Made by a program: the position numbers and the translations under genes
Assembly (NCBI RefSeq): GCF_009914755.1
Contig: NC_060932.1
Reading direction: 5' to 3' (one strand)
DNA length: 64,000 bases
Source: the human T2T-CHM13v2.0 reference genome, Homo sapiens
Shown here: one piece after another, positions 15,922 to 40,273 of the stretch
Layout: each line of letters starts with the position of its first letter
Numbering within the stretch: position 1 is the stretch's first letter
Notes under the pieces: model-generated
Databases searched by the model: none
Seen by the model: the letters and a program-made list of their open reading frames with translations, nothing else
Told to the model about the DNA's origin: nothing

Positions 15922-16519
15922 TGAGGAAAGCTGCTGAAAAAGGTATTCACCCAACTGGTATTTACTGCGTGACTATTAAGTACCAGTATTAGGCTAAAAA
16001 CTTTGTATATTTTAGCTTATCTAATCTTCATGACAAACTCGGAGGTAAATATTATTTCTGTTTCACGGATAAAGAAACTGAGGCTCAGAGAAGGTAGGTA
16101 TCTTGCCCAAGGTCACACAGCTGGTGAGGAGCTAAAGTGGGGTTTGACACTGGGTCTGATTTGAGAACCTGTGCTCTGAGTCATGAGGCTAAGCTGTACT
16201 GTCTTCCTACTGGACCTTGTCAAAGACGGTACACAGGTCATCCTGATAATATGAATAAAGACCAGGCCTGGAAAAGCGAACCCTCAAGCATGGTGATCAT
16301 CTGTGAAAAGGCCAGGTATTAAAGGAACATTTTGCTAAGACACGAGAAAACAAACTAAGGGAGAGTGAAAATTCAAAAGATATTACATTTTGAACTTGAA
16401 CTTTGAAAGAGCTCATTCAGCAGGTCTAAAAAGAAGTATGGTCCCATGACAAAAAAAAATTTAATGGGAAATAGATGGCTTCTAGAATTTTTACTTACTA
16501 TGTTTAAGAAAAATTTGCA

Positions 16520-18140
<1,621 letters not shown>

Positions 18141-18466
18141 TAAGTCTTTAAGTGCCAGTTTTGCCATTTCCCCTCAACATCCTCTTTTCCGTGACAGCCT
18201 AATCTTGCCAACAACAGTTTTGCTGTACACAGCATTTCTAGGACCCAGGCGAAGGGCAAGCTGTTGTACTGTAAGCCTCACAGGGGACACAGCTGAATGT
18301 CCTTGGTGCCTTAGCATGGCTTCCTGGTAAGGACTAACATGAAGGCACAAGCTCTGGCACTGCTAATAAAGACCTCTGACATCTCTCAAGGGCTTTCCTG
18401 TAAGTGGTTCATCTCATCCTTTTGTTCATTCCTAATCCAGAAACTTTTTTTTTAACCTCCCAATCA

Positions 18467-19616
<1,150 letters not shown>

Positions 19617-19624
19617 GTATTTTT

Positions 19625-19920
19625 AAAACCAAATACAAAGAACACATATTATATAATCCCTTATATATGAAACGTCCAGAATAGGCAAATCTTTAGAGAT
19701 AAAAATTATAGTGGTAGTTGCCAGGGCGTGGTGGGGGAGGGAAAGAGGAAGTGATTGCCAATGGGTATGAGGTTTCTTTTGGGGGTAGTGACAATATTCT
19801 AAAATTAGATTACGGTAATGGTCGCACAATTAATTACATAAATATATTGTAAAAGAATTGTACACTTTAGCAGGTGAATTTTGTGGCATATAGCTTACAT
19901 TGCAATAAATCTGTTTTTTA
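19625..19920 (+). mobile_element. L1MB-like 3' end
   Basis: ATATGAAACGTCCAGAATAGGCAAATC...GTGGTAGTTGCCAGGG...GGTGAATTTTGTGGCAT...CAATAAA. Confidence 0.75.
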
Positions 19921-19941
19921 AAAAACCCTGCAAATACATAC

Positions 19942-20056
19942 CATTTTGCAAATATTGTTCCAGTTGGTCCCTCCTCTCATCAGCCATAGCTGTGGTCATT
20001 GCCAGATAGTACTTTGGTGGGAAGGGTGGCAGGCAATTTCCAAAGACCCGCCTTAG
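19942..20056 (-). CDS. SNX31: SNX31 coding exon 3 (LRRVFGNCLPPFPPKYYLAMTTAMADERRDQLEQYLQN)
   Basis: Acceptor CTTTCAG|CTA, donor AATG|GTATGT; 115 nt, phase 0-1; PX proline-rich loop PPFPPK and the ERR..LE.YL helix. Confidence 0.96.
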
Positions 20057-20464
20057 CTGAAAGATCCAGGAAACACAGTTAAGGCAGGTGAGCCGCCAGT
20101 TCAGGGTTGATGAGATTACTAAAGTCTCCTTTAGGGCAAGTCCCATCCCAGCACTTTATTTCAAATTAAGCTTTCCTGGTAGCCCAAAGGGGGAAAAGAG
20201 GACAATCTGATTTTCTTAAGGAGGAATTTATTTCAGTATATATTCTGGAGACATTACTAGACATATCACAGACCGACAGCTCCAGTCTAAGTTTGGTAGA
20301 GCTGAGATGTATTTTTATTTTTCATTTGTTTTACAAGACTAGCCACTGCTCACATCATACAATATTATCTTGATTCATTCCACAACAGTGTCTGTGATAT
20401 CAATTACAACGGGAATTAAATTCCTCAGCCCTACCGCCACCAAATCTGAACTTGACAAATGCTT

Positions 20465-21117
<653 letters not shown>

Positions 21118-21579
21118 TAAGGCTGACATATGATCCCAAGTAGAAACCAGCCAGGCCCTTCTCTCCCACTTACTCATATATGACCCATGACCATGGCAGT
21201 AATTATTTTTATGGAACCTAAAAAGTGGATGCATAAAAAATAATTTTAAAATTAAGAACTAAAAATGTGCATCTTTATTCCAGCCCAACACTTGTAGTGG
21301 CAGCTTGAAGGTAAGGCACAGATTCATTCTCCTGAAAATAAGAGAAAGGAAACCACTCAGAAACCCAATCAGGTTTTGACATGGTACCTCTAGAGCAGGA
21401 GGGCTGAAATCTTACTATTACCATACTCAGTGGCTTAAAGAAAATGAAAGATGGAATAAGAAAAATGAGGCTGCAAACAGCAAGATTTTTTAATTCCATG
21501 GCCTTTGTCACAAATACAGTGAGTATCTGACAAATATTTACCTTGCATAGACAGGCCCTAACTTCAGAAAAGTCAAGAA

Positions 21580-22520
<941 letters not shown>

Positions 22521-22679
22521 ACATCTGGAATGGTTATTAACTGCCTGCCCGTGGGCAAAACACACTTCCCTGATGCATTTTTTTGGTGGTTGGTTGTTTG
22601 ATTTTTAGATAACTGGAATTTGGTACCAGCAGTTATTTGTGTGACTTAAAATTTTAAAAACTTGTATCTTGAAGAGAAT

Positions 22680-25155
<2,476 letters not shown>

Positions 25156-25301
25156 TGATGTTCTGGCTTCTCTGGAAAACTGAGATCTGGAATCAATGGG
25201 TTCACATTCAGGCAACTGTCTGGTGAGGGGACCTAAACCATTCCCACCACTCTCCACTGTTGTTCACCTGATCCTCATCTCTCATTTAAAGTACCTGCCA
25301 G

Positions 25302-25593
25302 TTGGCTGCGGTGGCTCACGCCTGTCATCTCAACACTTTGGGAGGCCTAGGTGGGCAGATTGCTTGAGTCCATGAGTTTAAGACCAGCCTAGGTAACATG
25401 GCAAGATGTTGTCTCTACTAAATATACAAAAAATTAAGCCAAGTGTGGTAGCATGTGCCTGTAGTCCCAGCTACTCAGGAAGTTGAGGTGGGAGAATAAC
25501 CTGAGCTGGAGACTTCAAGGCTAAGGCAACAGTGAGCCGAGATCACACCACTGCGCTCCAGCCTGGGCCACTGGAGTGAGACCTTGTCTCAAA

Positions 25594-25612
<19 letters not shown>
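25302..25612 (+). mobile_element. AluJ
   Basis: Diverged full Alu whose tail seeds the adjacent microsatellite. Confidence 0.88.
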
Positions 25613-25653
<41 letters not shown>

Positions 25654-25670
25654 CACACACACACGCACAC

Positions 25671-25711
<41 letters not shown>
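25591..25711. repeat. Compound (A)n(AT)n(AC/GC)n(AT)n microsatellite
   Basis: About (AT)18 and (AT)15 flanking a CA/CG core. Confidence 0.95.
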
Positions 25712-25843
25712 GTACTTGCCTGTAGCCATTTAAGTTTGCAATCTCTCATCTAAACCTAGTATAATTTTTTTTTTTTTTTGAGACAGGGTCTCACTCCTGT
25801 GGCCCAGGCTAGAGTACGATTAAACCTAGTATAAAATATTATA

Positions 25844-26208
<365 letters not shown>

Positions 26209-26954
26209 TCAAAAGGCATCCCAGTTGGAGCATTATCCCAGGCAGGGCTGCTGAAACAACCTGGGATTGATGCACCCATCTCTGCTAATTCCATTAAATA
26301 GAAGCAAAAATTTGACTTCTTTGCATGCAATTATTTCTTGGCTAACTGATTAAGTGATCTTTAAAAGGCCATTGTCTTCATTGGCATGTGTTCGTAAATG
26401 TCGCAGATGTTCCCGAATCAGTTCTAATCACAGCAGCCTTGAATCAACAGGGCTGCCTGAGTTATCCATCTGCAAGACAGTATCTTGGGGAAGCCCTGAG
26501 GCCAAGATCTGGGGAAAAATCAACAAGGATTAAGGTTCTAATACCTATCACAGAGCAGAAACCTTCCCAGCAGGTTTTTACAACCTGAGCTGACTTGTCA
26601 AGGAATCTTTCTCCTCCCTTCTCGGATACTGACCTAAGGGGGACAATGAACATAAAGGAAACTGAGTAGTTAAATGTGCCAAAAGTCAACAATCAAATCC
26701 AAATTCAACTCCACCAAAAGAGGACCTTTTCCATGGGTCTCAGTACACAGTTGAGCTATCAAAACCACCAGCGTACTGAGAAGTATCTGGTACTACAGTT
26801 CAGCCCTACCTGTCTTTCAAAAAACTGTTTAAAGAGATCAAAAGGAAAACATATCTGTTCTGCTCTTTTATTATGTGGTGTTTTTGTTTGTTTGGAGTAT
26901 TGTGGGTTTTTTTTAAGACTGTGATCTGACAAATATTTTCATAAACCCCAGAAC

Positions 26955-29009
<2,055 letters not shown>

Positions 29010-29485
29010 AACCCAGGTCCAGTTTTTATGCATTAGCTCTCCACATACCCTGGCTGAGATGGAGTAGAGGCCACCTCACCTGTGCCAGGTACTGCCCCTC
29101 AATCTCAGTTATCCAACATGCAAAATATAAGTCCAATTCTTAAAGCCAAAGATCACACATGCTAAAGTAATAGTCCTAATTTAACAGAATGCGTGGCATA
29201 TAACAGAAACTTAGTAAACATTTCTTAAGCAAATAATCAGTTAATTATATAGAAGAAAACTATTCTATCAGGATGCAGAACTTCCCAGAAAATAAACTGG
29301 AAATAAACTCATATTCCCCAAACACACACACAGATGGGACCTTTCTACTATTTCCTTCTTTACAGTGCTCTGTGTTAAATCAGATTAAGAATTCTGAGCT
29401 GTTTCACATCCTCCACTGAATAGGAGAAATAAAAACTAGCTGAGAAATATCTGGGAGAGGTCACCCAAACTTTCAGCCTCAGACT

Positions 29486-29640
29486 TAGGGTGGCCAGATA
29501 AAATACAGGATGCTCAGTTAAATATGTATCAAGTGGTGCATGGGGCATACTTATACTAAAAAAAATTGTTTGTTGTTGATTTGTAATTTAAATTTAATTG
29601 GGAGACTTTGTATTTGTATTTGCTAAATCTAGCAACCCTA
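29486..29640. mobile_element. MER53 hAT MITE
   Basis: TIRs TAGGGTGGCCAGA / TCTAGCAACCCTA and a perfect 8-bp TSD CTCAGACT (29478-29485, 29641-29648). Confidence 0.85.
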
Positions 29641-29653
29641 CTCAGACTCTTCA

Positions 29654-29973
<320 letters not shown>

Positions 29974-30121
29974 TAAAATGAGAATGATGATGATGATTGA
30001 ACTGCTGACCTTACTGGGGACTTGCTGGAACAAAATCCTGTGTCTGGAACTCGCATGACAGAGAGTAGATGTTGGAGGCCTGGGGTCAGGGCTGAATGAA
30101 GGGGATTGAGAGCAAAAAGAC

Positions 30122-30699
30122 TATCGGGGCCAAGGGTAAACTTCCCCTTCATCCTCTGAAGCTTCACTGAAAAACCACCTGACAAAAGGCAGATTCATAG
30201 GAGGAAAGGCATACAAATTTACTAACATGCGCGGGAGTCTTACAAAATAAAAGATCTCAAAGAAATGGCCAAATAGTTGATGGTTTTATACCATCTTGAG
30301 ATTACAGAAAAAAGCGGCATGGTCAAAAACAGGTTATGGTGGCAAATCAGGTTATGGTGGCAAGACAGGTCACGGGAAGAAGAGGAGAGACCCGGCAAGC
30401 AAAAGTGGTCTTAGTATACAGAGGAAACCCACAGGTAGCAGCTCTCAGAAAGAACAGTTGGTAAACATTTGTTTCAGACCTTTAAAGGTGTCAGACTCTC
30501 TGTGATTCTTTCCTAAATCTGAACAAGAGAGGACTTCAGAGAAAGCCTGGCTGCATCAATACAGATTCTCTCTACAGGTGCAAATCTCCTCCACAAAAGG
30601 CAGCTTTTCAGCTATTCTGATATTTCCAGCTTTCTACACAGCCATCTTGAAATATGTCATAGTAGTACATTTTGGGATAAAATATTTTGGTTTCCTTCA
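30122..30699 (-). mobile_element. ERV1 MER4-group solo LTR (MER49/MER72-like)
   Basis: Minus strand starts TGAAGGAAACCAAAATATTTTATCCCAAAAT and ends ...CCCTTGGCCCCGATA; internal 18-bp tandem CAGGTTATGGTGGCAA. Confidence 0.7.
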
Positions 30700-32368
30700 A
30701 GGACAAGGGGACTTTTAGAGTGAGGCAAAAAAAAATTTTAACCTCGATCATGGTGGTGGTAATTGTATACATTTACCAAAATTCATTACACTGAACCCAT
30801 AAAGTTGGGGAATTTTATTACATTACATGATTCCAAAATACAGTAAAAGTATGTTAGTTTAGGACTCAGTCATTTGACTCATTGTTTTACTGATACGATT
30901 TATTTTATCAACGTTAGAAAGAAATCACATTAATGTAATAGGTCAGAGCAGGTTCTAGAAATCAAGTCCTGCCTCCAACATTAACAATATGACTTTAGGA
31001 AAATTGTGCCTCAGCTGCTTCACCTGTTAAATTGGACTAATTCTAATGCTAGCTCATAAGGCTATTATAAAAATTAAGCTATTACAGGTAAAGTGTTTGG
31101 TACCAAACTCAGCACACAGTAACTACTTGTTATTGTTTCAGATTGATTATAAATACCAATAGCCATCTAAGATCTAAATAGTTTCTTTAAAAATGTAGTA
31201 GTTTGTATAGAAAGGGGGAAAATGATAAATATTCATATGCGATATATGGAAGTTGGAAACTAGACAAAGAAATTTCCATTTTACTATTTTGAGAAATCTG
31301 GGATAAATATGAAATATTTATTAAAATCTATTTTATTAAAATCTATTGTATGTCCTACTGAGGGCACTGAGCCATGGTAATTCAATATTTAAAGGCCCCA
31401 ATAGTAAATAACAGACAATTTCTACTTCATGTCTTACCAAATAGAAGATCAAGAATAAAATTTACTCACTCTATGCCTCTGCTTCTGGACCTGCTAGGAT
31501 TTGGTTCATCTGAGTTTTCCTGAAAATAAGCATTTTCCCAAGTCTATTGGGTAAGGAGGGCCAGATTCAGGAGTGCTTGAAGCCTCTTGAGTCCACAAAT
31601 GTTTGCTGAGCATATATTATGTACCAGGCTCTGCAAGCAGCTGGCCCCTAATCTTCACAAGCACACTGTGAGGCTGACATCCATAAGGACCCATTTGCTT
31701 ATTATTTCTGATGAGAAAATTGAAGATCAGAGGAGAGGTGAGGTGATCAGCCAGGACGCAGTTGATCAGTCACAGGCTCTCTTGCTGCCTCCTGCTCTGC
31801 TCCTGCCCCTTCCCCACCTCAAGCTGCAGGAAAACAGAGGAGGGTAGGAGAGGATACCCTGCCTCCCCCTGCCAATGCCTAAGACACTCATCCTTTCTCT
31901 TCCTTTGAGATCCCTGCCTCTGCAGTCCTCACAATTCCCCATGTGTTTCAGTCACAAGTAGCTTCTTATCTTCCAGAAGTCTGAATCTATGCCATTCTTC
32001 ATTCAATCATTTGACAATCGTTCCTAAGGACCTACTGGGTCACAGCACTAGTAATACAAAGATGACCACTCAAATTAACTAGTAACCACATTACAACTGT
32101 TCTTGGTTGACTCCAAAGATACTTAATCACACCTTGAAAATGGACTTTTCCAATGCACTGTGATGTATGAGCAAGAAGGCTTGCTACAGTGACAATTTAA
32201 TAGCAGAAAAAACAAACTAAGCTGTCGGTCAACAGAAGATGGTTAAATGAAACATGGTGTATCTAACTCACTAGAAACCCAGAGACTGTCTGAAAAAACT
32301 CTCTCAAAACAAGCAAACAAACAAAAACAGCTGTTACCTCTGGGAAAGTTTTTTCAGTTTTCTCTACA

Positions 32369-32509
32369 CTTTTTTTTTTTTTTTTTTTAATAGAGACAAG
32401 GTCTCGGCTATGTTGCCCAGGCTGGTCTCAAACTCTGGGACTCAAGTAATCCTCCTGCCTCAGTCTCCCAAAGTATTGGGATTACAAGCATGAGCCACGG
32501 TGCCTGGCC
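32369..32509 (-). mobile_element. FLAM/Alu left monomer
   Basis: Monomer with poly(T); CTA(C/T)ACTTTT flanks. Confidence 0.85.
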
Positions 32510-33320
32510 TATACTTTTGTTTTTAATGTTAGGTATGTGCTGTTTATAACCTAAAATCTAAAACAAAAAAACAAAAATCACTATTCATGGGGGAGTGGAG
32601 GAGGAGTGTAAAGTTTATTTCTAAACTTTCATTTACTTCTCTAATCCATTTTGAAGACTTATAACACCTCCTTATAAGAACAATGAAACCCATTAGAGCA
32701 GACTAATAAATCAGTCTGCCTCCCAGAGAAAATACTGTCAAGACAGCAGGGTGAGAAACTATCCTAGCTTGGTAAGTCATGTTCCCTGGTTCCCAGCCTG
32801 CCAGTACTTGAAGCCTCATGGCCATTCAAAAACAAAACTAGAGACACACCTTTTTAAAGGGGGCAAACTTAAGAAACTCTCGAGACAAAGGAGATTAAAT
32901 ACCCATGTACAAGACTCCAAAGACTCTAGGCCTTGATCTAGACCCAGTTTCCAAATTTTGGAGGGAAGCATTGTCCTGGGGAACAGCGGGCACTGAAATG
33001 GGGCCCAGCATAGCCCCAGCGCCCTGCCAGGCGGCGCTAGCGGGGATCACCCGGCTGCAACTGCGAGGGGCTTGGAAGAATCACCTGCGCCCGGTTCCCT
33101 CATCTCACAGCTGTAGGCGACCAGGAGCCGCAGCATGCATTCATCCAACTGTATGCCAAGCAATTCAGTTCATCCTTACCAGGACCCTGTTTCACAATAG
33201 GAAGCCCGAGGCCGTGAAAGGCCCAGTGTCTTGCCAGAGTCAGAGGAACAGAGCGCTTTGGGGACAGCTTTCTCCACCTGTCTCAGTGGATGGGCTCGTA
33301 CCCGCCTCCAATCTGCTCAC

Positions 33321-33395
33321 CTGTTCGTTCCAACCGTGCAGCTGGCTGTAGCGCACCCTGCAGAAGAGGAACCCGTCCAGGTGCACGGAGTACAG
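33321..33395 (-). CDS. SNX31: SNX31 coding exon 2 (LYSVHLDGFLFCRVRYSQLHGWNEQ)
   Basis: Acceptor TTTGCAG|CTG, donor CAG|GTGAGC; 75 nt, phase 0-0; carries the PX 'RYS' phosphoinositide-binding motif; intron 1 is 100 nt. Confidence 0.96.
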
Positions 33396-33495
33396 CTGCA
33401 AACACACAGACACCCCGTCCCTGGTGAGCCGAGGGATAAGTGAGCATTGCCACCGGCCCCCTCCCTGCCCACCCTGACCCCAGCCCTGGGCGCAC

Positions 33496-33561
33496 CACGT
33501 AGCGGCCCCCCAGCGCGTCGGACCGCTGCTGGGACACCGGGATACAGAAATGCATCTTCAT
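33496..33561 (-). CDS. SNX31: SNX31 coding exon 1 (MKMHFCIPVSQQRSDALGGRYV), PX domain start
   Basis: ATG at 33561 in GCCATGA context; 66 nt ending at the phase-0 donor GTG|GTGCGC; peptide recognised as the SNX31 N-terminus (SNX17-like). Confidence 0.96.
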
Positions 33562-34859
33562 GGCTGAGCGGTGTCTTGGGAGTAGCGCTGGGAACCCGAC
33601 CTGCGGCGGCGGGCGGTGCGCGGCTCTGAACTCGGCAGCGGTGGACGCAGCGCGGCCTGCCACGCGACTCAGAGCGAACCCCGGCGCCCGCTCTCGCCGG
33701 CCGGGGACATCTACAGGTGGGGCCGGGGCCGGGCCGCGCCGCCTCCCAGTCCCCGCCCCATCCAGCCCCGCCGCTCTGGTCCCGGGATAGGTGGCGCCTG
33801 GGGCTGGGGCGCATCCACGGCCACCCCCACCCCGGACATCGGCCACTGTTGGCATTTTCTCCAAGAAGGCCCGTGAGGGGCTTGAAAACAGTTTGTGTCC
33901 CATTACCTGCCAACGCTGCCTGCAGTGCACTAATTAAGATTTCTGTAATTACATAGATCTAGTAACTGCCTTATGATTAGCAGAGTTATGTTTGGTCAGT
34001 TTTTTTGTACTGACATTTGTTAAATGTAACACAAGACATGCAGCAATATATGCAACCTTGCTTTCGTATTATTCTTTCAATCTTGTTTTTTCCCCTTAAA
34101 ATACCAGAAGCCCCCCCCAAATGGAAATGGCTTGGGTTTCTCTTGATCCCTGAGAAGCCCTCATTTTTAGACAGGTGCATTCACATAAACACTTGGTTCT
34201 CTGGACTACCCAGTGCAAGTTCTTTCAACAGTCTCTCATTTTTAGTTGCTGTGGAAAATAATCTTCCTAATTCTCTATTTTAGTTAAATGAAACTAGAAT
34301 TCCTCCCACCTTGCCGTGATCACAGAGCACAGAGATGCTGCAGCTCTCACCAGCCTGTTCTGTAGCAAGCCTGGGCTGGCTCCGTTCTTCCCTCTCTCCT
34401 TTAATCTACCCGTAACTCTTCCAGGTAAACAGAGGACATCCTACCACGGACAAAACAGGCCCAGGGGGTGGAGGAACTTGTCCAAGCTCACAGGGCATTT
34501 TTTTCATGGGTCTGAGTCGTTTACTGCAGGATTTCATCAGGATCATTGAAAGTCCTTTCAAATGCCAGTCATCCCTGGGGTAAGAGCTGCATGCCTGAAA
34601 CGGGAATCCGAGACTAAGGAAGGAGAAGCGACGCCTGCCAAACACCGGTGCCTCCTGCGTGCTTGCTGGGTGCCAGGACCTGACATATGCTATGCCATTT
34701 AATTTTCACAAACACCTGTGGGCTAGGAGCCATTGACAGTTCTGGTCTTATAGAAAAGGAAATTGAGGCTAGGGCCATTAAGTGAGGGAAGCAGTATCAT
34801 ATAGTAGTTAAGAGAATGGCAACAGGAATTCATGTCCCAGCTTAGTGGCTTCTAGTTGA

Positions 34860-36324
<1,465 letters not shown>

Positions 36325-37387
36325 CACAGGTTTTTAATTCTTGATGGAGTTTTAAATAAACATTTATGATGCTCAATTTCTGAATCAATCCTATATTGTT
36401 TCCAAGGGGTATTTTAATTTACTCTGTGCCTGGTGCATGGTCAGCACTCAATAAAAGCTTAACATTTCTTCATTCAGGGAGTATTCATTGAGTGCTTCTT
36501 ATGAGCCAGGCGCTGCAGTGAGGCTGTTAGACATGGCAGCCTCAGTCCCCTAACCTTATGGAGCCTAAGCTTATTTACAGATTTTAAAAAGAGGCCATTT
36601 CTGTAATATGGCCCATAGTATTACAGAACAAATGCACTATTTCCTACTTTGAAAGCCTTAGGCATTATTTGCATGTTGCCTCTCATCTACTTGGTGTGTA
36701 ATCTTTTTGGCTCTTTGATATCTGGTACCCACACTCTTTTGGAGGTATGGATAATGAGGTATGGCTCTGTCTTGTTCTGGAACTTTCCACGTCTCCTGAG
36801 TCCTTCACACCCTTGGGCCTCTGGGATGGGGAGGGCAGTAGGGTCCACGAGGGAGCCAGTGAGATGGATCATAATGTCTGGTGCTCTACACCAGAGGGGC
36901 CCAGCCAATGTGCATTATGGGTTCCTTTGCTGCATCTTTTCTTATAGCCCAGGTGTTGCGCACATCACCCCAACAGTCAAGGCTGTGGCCATATGAAAAA
37001 AAGGGTCTTGAGCAAACATGGAAGAGATTCCTGGTTGGTGGACACCTATTTTGAGCAAACACAGAAAGGGATAGGAGCTGGAAGGTTGGGCATGCAGAGT
37101 TAAGTCTTCGCATCCTGTGTATTTTTCTTCATCTGCCTGTGTCCTCCTCACTCTCTTGAGGTTCAGACGAGTGAGTCAGAAAGGTAAGGCTGGATGGCTT
37201 GGGATGTGTATCTTTCTCTGTCTTTACTTGTATTGGTCTGTGTTGGGTGCTCTAGGGTCTTTGGAATTTGAGGAAATATATAAAATTATACGATACATAG
37301 GAGAACTACAAAATCACACCAGTGGTTCTAAAATGTCCATGGTTCCTGGAGGATTTTCTGGTCCAGAACACCTACTCAGAGACTGAC

Positions 37388-37790
37388 TGTAGTTGGTTGA
37401 ATAGTGTCCTGATTTGGAAATAGGGTCTTGGCAGACATCATAAGGTAAGGCTCAAGATGAGATCCTACTGGATTAGGGCAGCTCCACATCCAATTAGCGT
37501 ATCCTTATAAGGCACAGAAAAGGAAATACAGAGACACAGAGGAGAAGGCCACATGAAGACGAGGCAGAGCTGGAGTTGTGCTTCCAGAAGCCAAGAAGCG
37601 CCTCAGGCCACCAGAAGCTCAGGAGAACAAGGAAGGAGTCAGCCCTAGAGCTTTCAGAGAGAGCACGGCTCTGCCGACACTTTGATTTCAGACTTCCAGC
37701 CTCCAGAACTATGAGAGAATTCATTTCTGTGGTCGTAAGCCACCCAGTTTGAGGCACTTTGTTATGGAAGCCATAAGGAAAACCTACACT
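37388..37790 (+). mobile_element. MLT1 (MLT1B/C-like) MaLR LTR
   Basis: TGTAGTTGGTTGAAT...GGAAATAGGGTCTT...GGCCACCAGAAGCT...GACTTCCAGCCTCCAGAACTATGAGAGAAT...CTACA. Confidence 0.85.
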
Positions 37791-38048
37791 GATGCTGTGG
37801 CCACAGTCAGCCTCATACCAGAGAGCAGAGGGCTGAGCCCCTGGCCGTGTGCGCATCTGTGGAGAATGGAACAGAGGAAGAGCAGCTCAGAGGAAAGGAG
37901 ACAGTGTCCTGCAATCTGAGGGACAGTGTCCTGAATGTAGTAACAAGACTGGCTAACCCTATGCAGCACTCACTCTTGGCCAGACATAACTCTGTGTAAC
38001 ATGCACAAACTCATTTAATGCTTGCAACAACCATCTGAACTTGGTGGG

Positions 38049-39155
<1,107 letters not shown>

Positions 39156-39385
39156 CTAAATACCAGCACCTTGGGGAAGGGGCACGGTGACGTCCGGTCT
39201 GCCACAACAGCACACAGGAGGGACATTGACCCAGCAGGCATGAAGGGAGGAGCAGGGAGGGAAAGGCTTTCTGGAGAAGGTGATGTTTGAGAGAGATTCT
39301 TCAGGAAGAGTTAACTGGTAAGAGCATTTTAGGAAGGCAACACAGCAAAGGCCTGGGATAAAATTAAAAGAAACAAAAAGCCAGG

Positions 39386-39732
39386 TGATATGGTTTGGCT
39401 GTATCCCCACCCAAATCTCATCTTGAATTGTAGCTCCCATAATTCTCACATGTTGTGGGAGAGACCCTGTGGGAGATCACTGAATCATGGGGGCAGTTTC
39501 CCCCATACTGTTCTCGTGGTGGTGAATACGTCTCACAAGATCAGATGGTTTTATAAGAGGAAACCCCTTTTGCTTGGCTCATTCTCTCTTGTCTGCCACC
39601 ATGTAAGAAGTGCCTTTCAGCTTCTGCATTCTGCCATGATTGTGAGGCCTCCCCAACCATGTGGAACTGTAAATCCATTAAACCTCTTTTTCTTTATAAA
39701 TTACCTAGTCTCGAGTATGTCTTTATCAGCAG
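39386..39732 (+). mobile_element. THE1 MaLR LTR inserted in an L2
   Basis: TGATATGGTTTGGCTGTATCCCCACCCAAATCTCATCTTGAATTGTAGCTCCC...ATGTCTTTATCAGCAG; the last 20 bp or so are missing. Confidence 0.9.
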
Positions 39733-40273
39733 GAGTTTGTTGTTATGGAGAAGTATAGGTGAGGCCTAAGAAGTGGACAGTGAGGCTGGGGAGGGAGGCA
39801 GCCTGATCTTTTGAAGGTTGCAGCTGCTGGGCCAAGAAGCTTGGAGTTTGCCCTGTAGATGAAGAAGAGCTACCTATGGGAGAAGGTGTGGACAGCATGT
39901 GTTCTAGATGGAGATCACTGTGGCCAGTGTGCAGGGAATGAGGGGGGCTGTCACATAACTAGAGGCAGTCAGACCAGCAAGGAAGTTTTTTGAGAGAAAA
40001 GATGGTAGAACATGAGTCTTGTAAAGTGCTCCTCAAAAACTGGGTGGGAGGCCTGGGTGGCATCATCTGTGATAATCTCTCTTGGATGTTCACAAAGTGC
40101 TTTAGTGTATGGAGGGCTCTGAGATATCTGCAGCAAGGAAACCTGGGACTCTGTTTTACATTGTACCTGTTCACATTGCAGAGGCTAATGTCCCAGGAAT
40201 GGCTGTCAACAGAAGACAGAGGCCTAGGCAAGGGCAGTGTCAAAAAGGATGGATTTAAAAATATTTAAGAAGC

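Larger units (their letters stand above)
33000..33880. promoter_or_regulatory. SNX31: CpG island / SNX31 promoter spanning exons 1-2
   Basis: Sharp rise in GC and CpG against the CpG-depleted background; GC boxes (CCCCGCCCC at 33751, GGGGCCGGGGCCGGG at about 33719); no clear TATA box; TSS probably 100-250 nt upstream of the ATG. Confidence 0.9.

Noticed and set aside
30296-30505. ORF with GYGGK repeats resembling a glycine-rich protein
   Set aside because: It comes from an 18-bp tandem repeat inside an LTR read antisense.
31317-31346. 15-bp tandem duplication TTTATTAAAATCTAT
   Set aside because: Ordinary slippage in AT-rich DNA with no associated feature.
33231-33956. Several overlapping ORFs (up to 215 aa) on both strands as separate genes
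   Set aside because: Expected in stop-poor CpG-island DNA; only the exon 1 and exon 2 segments match SNX31.
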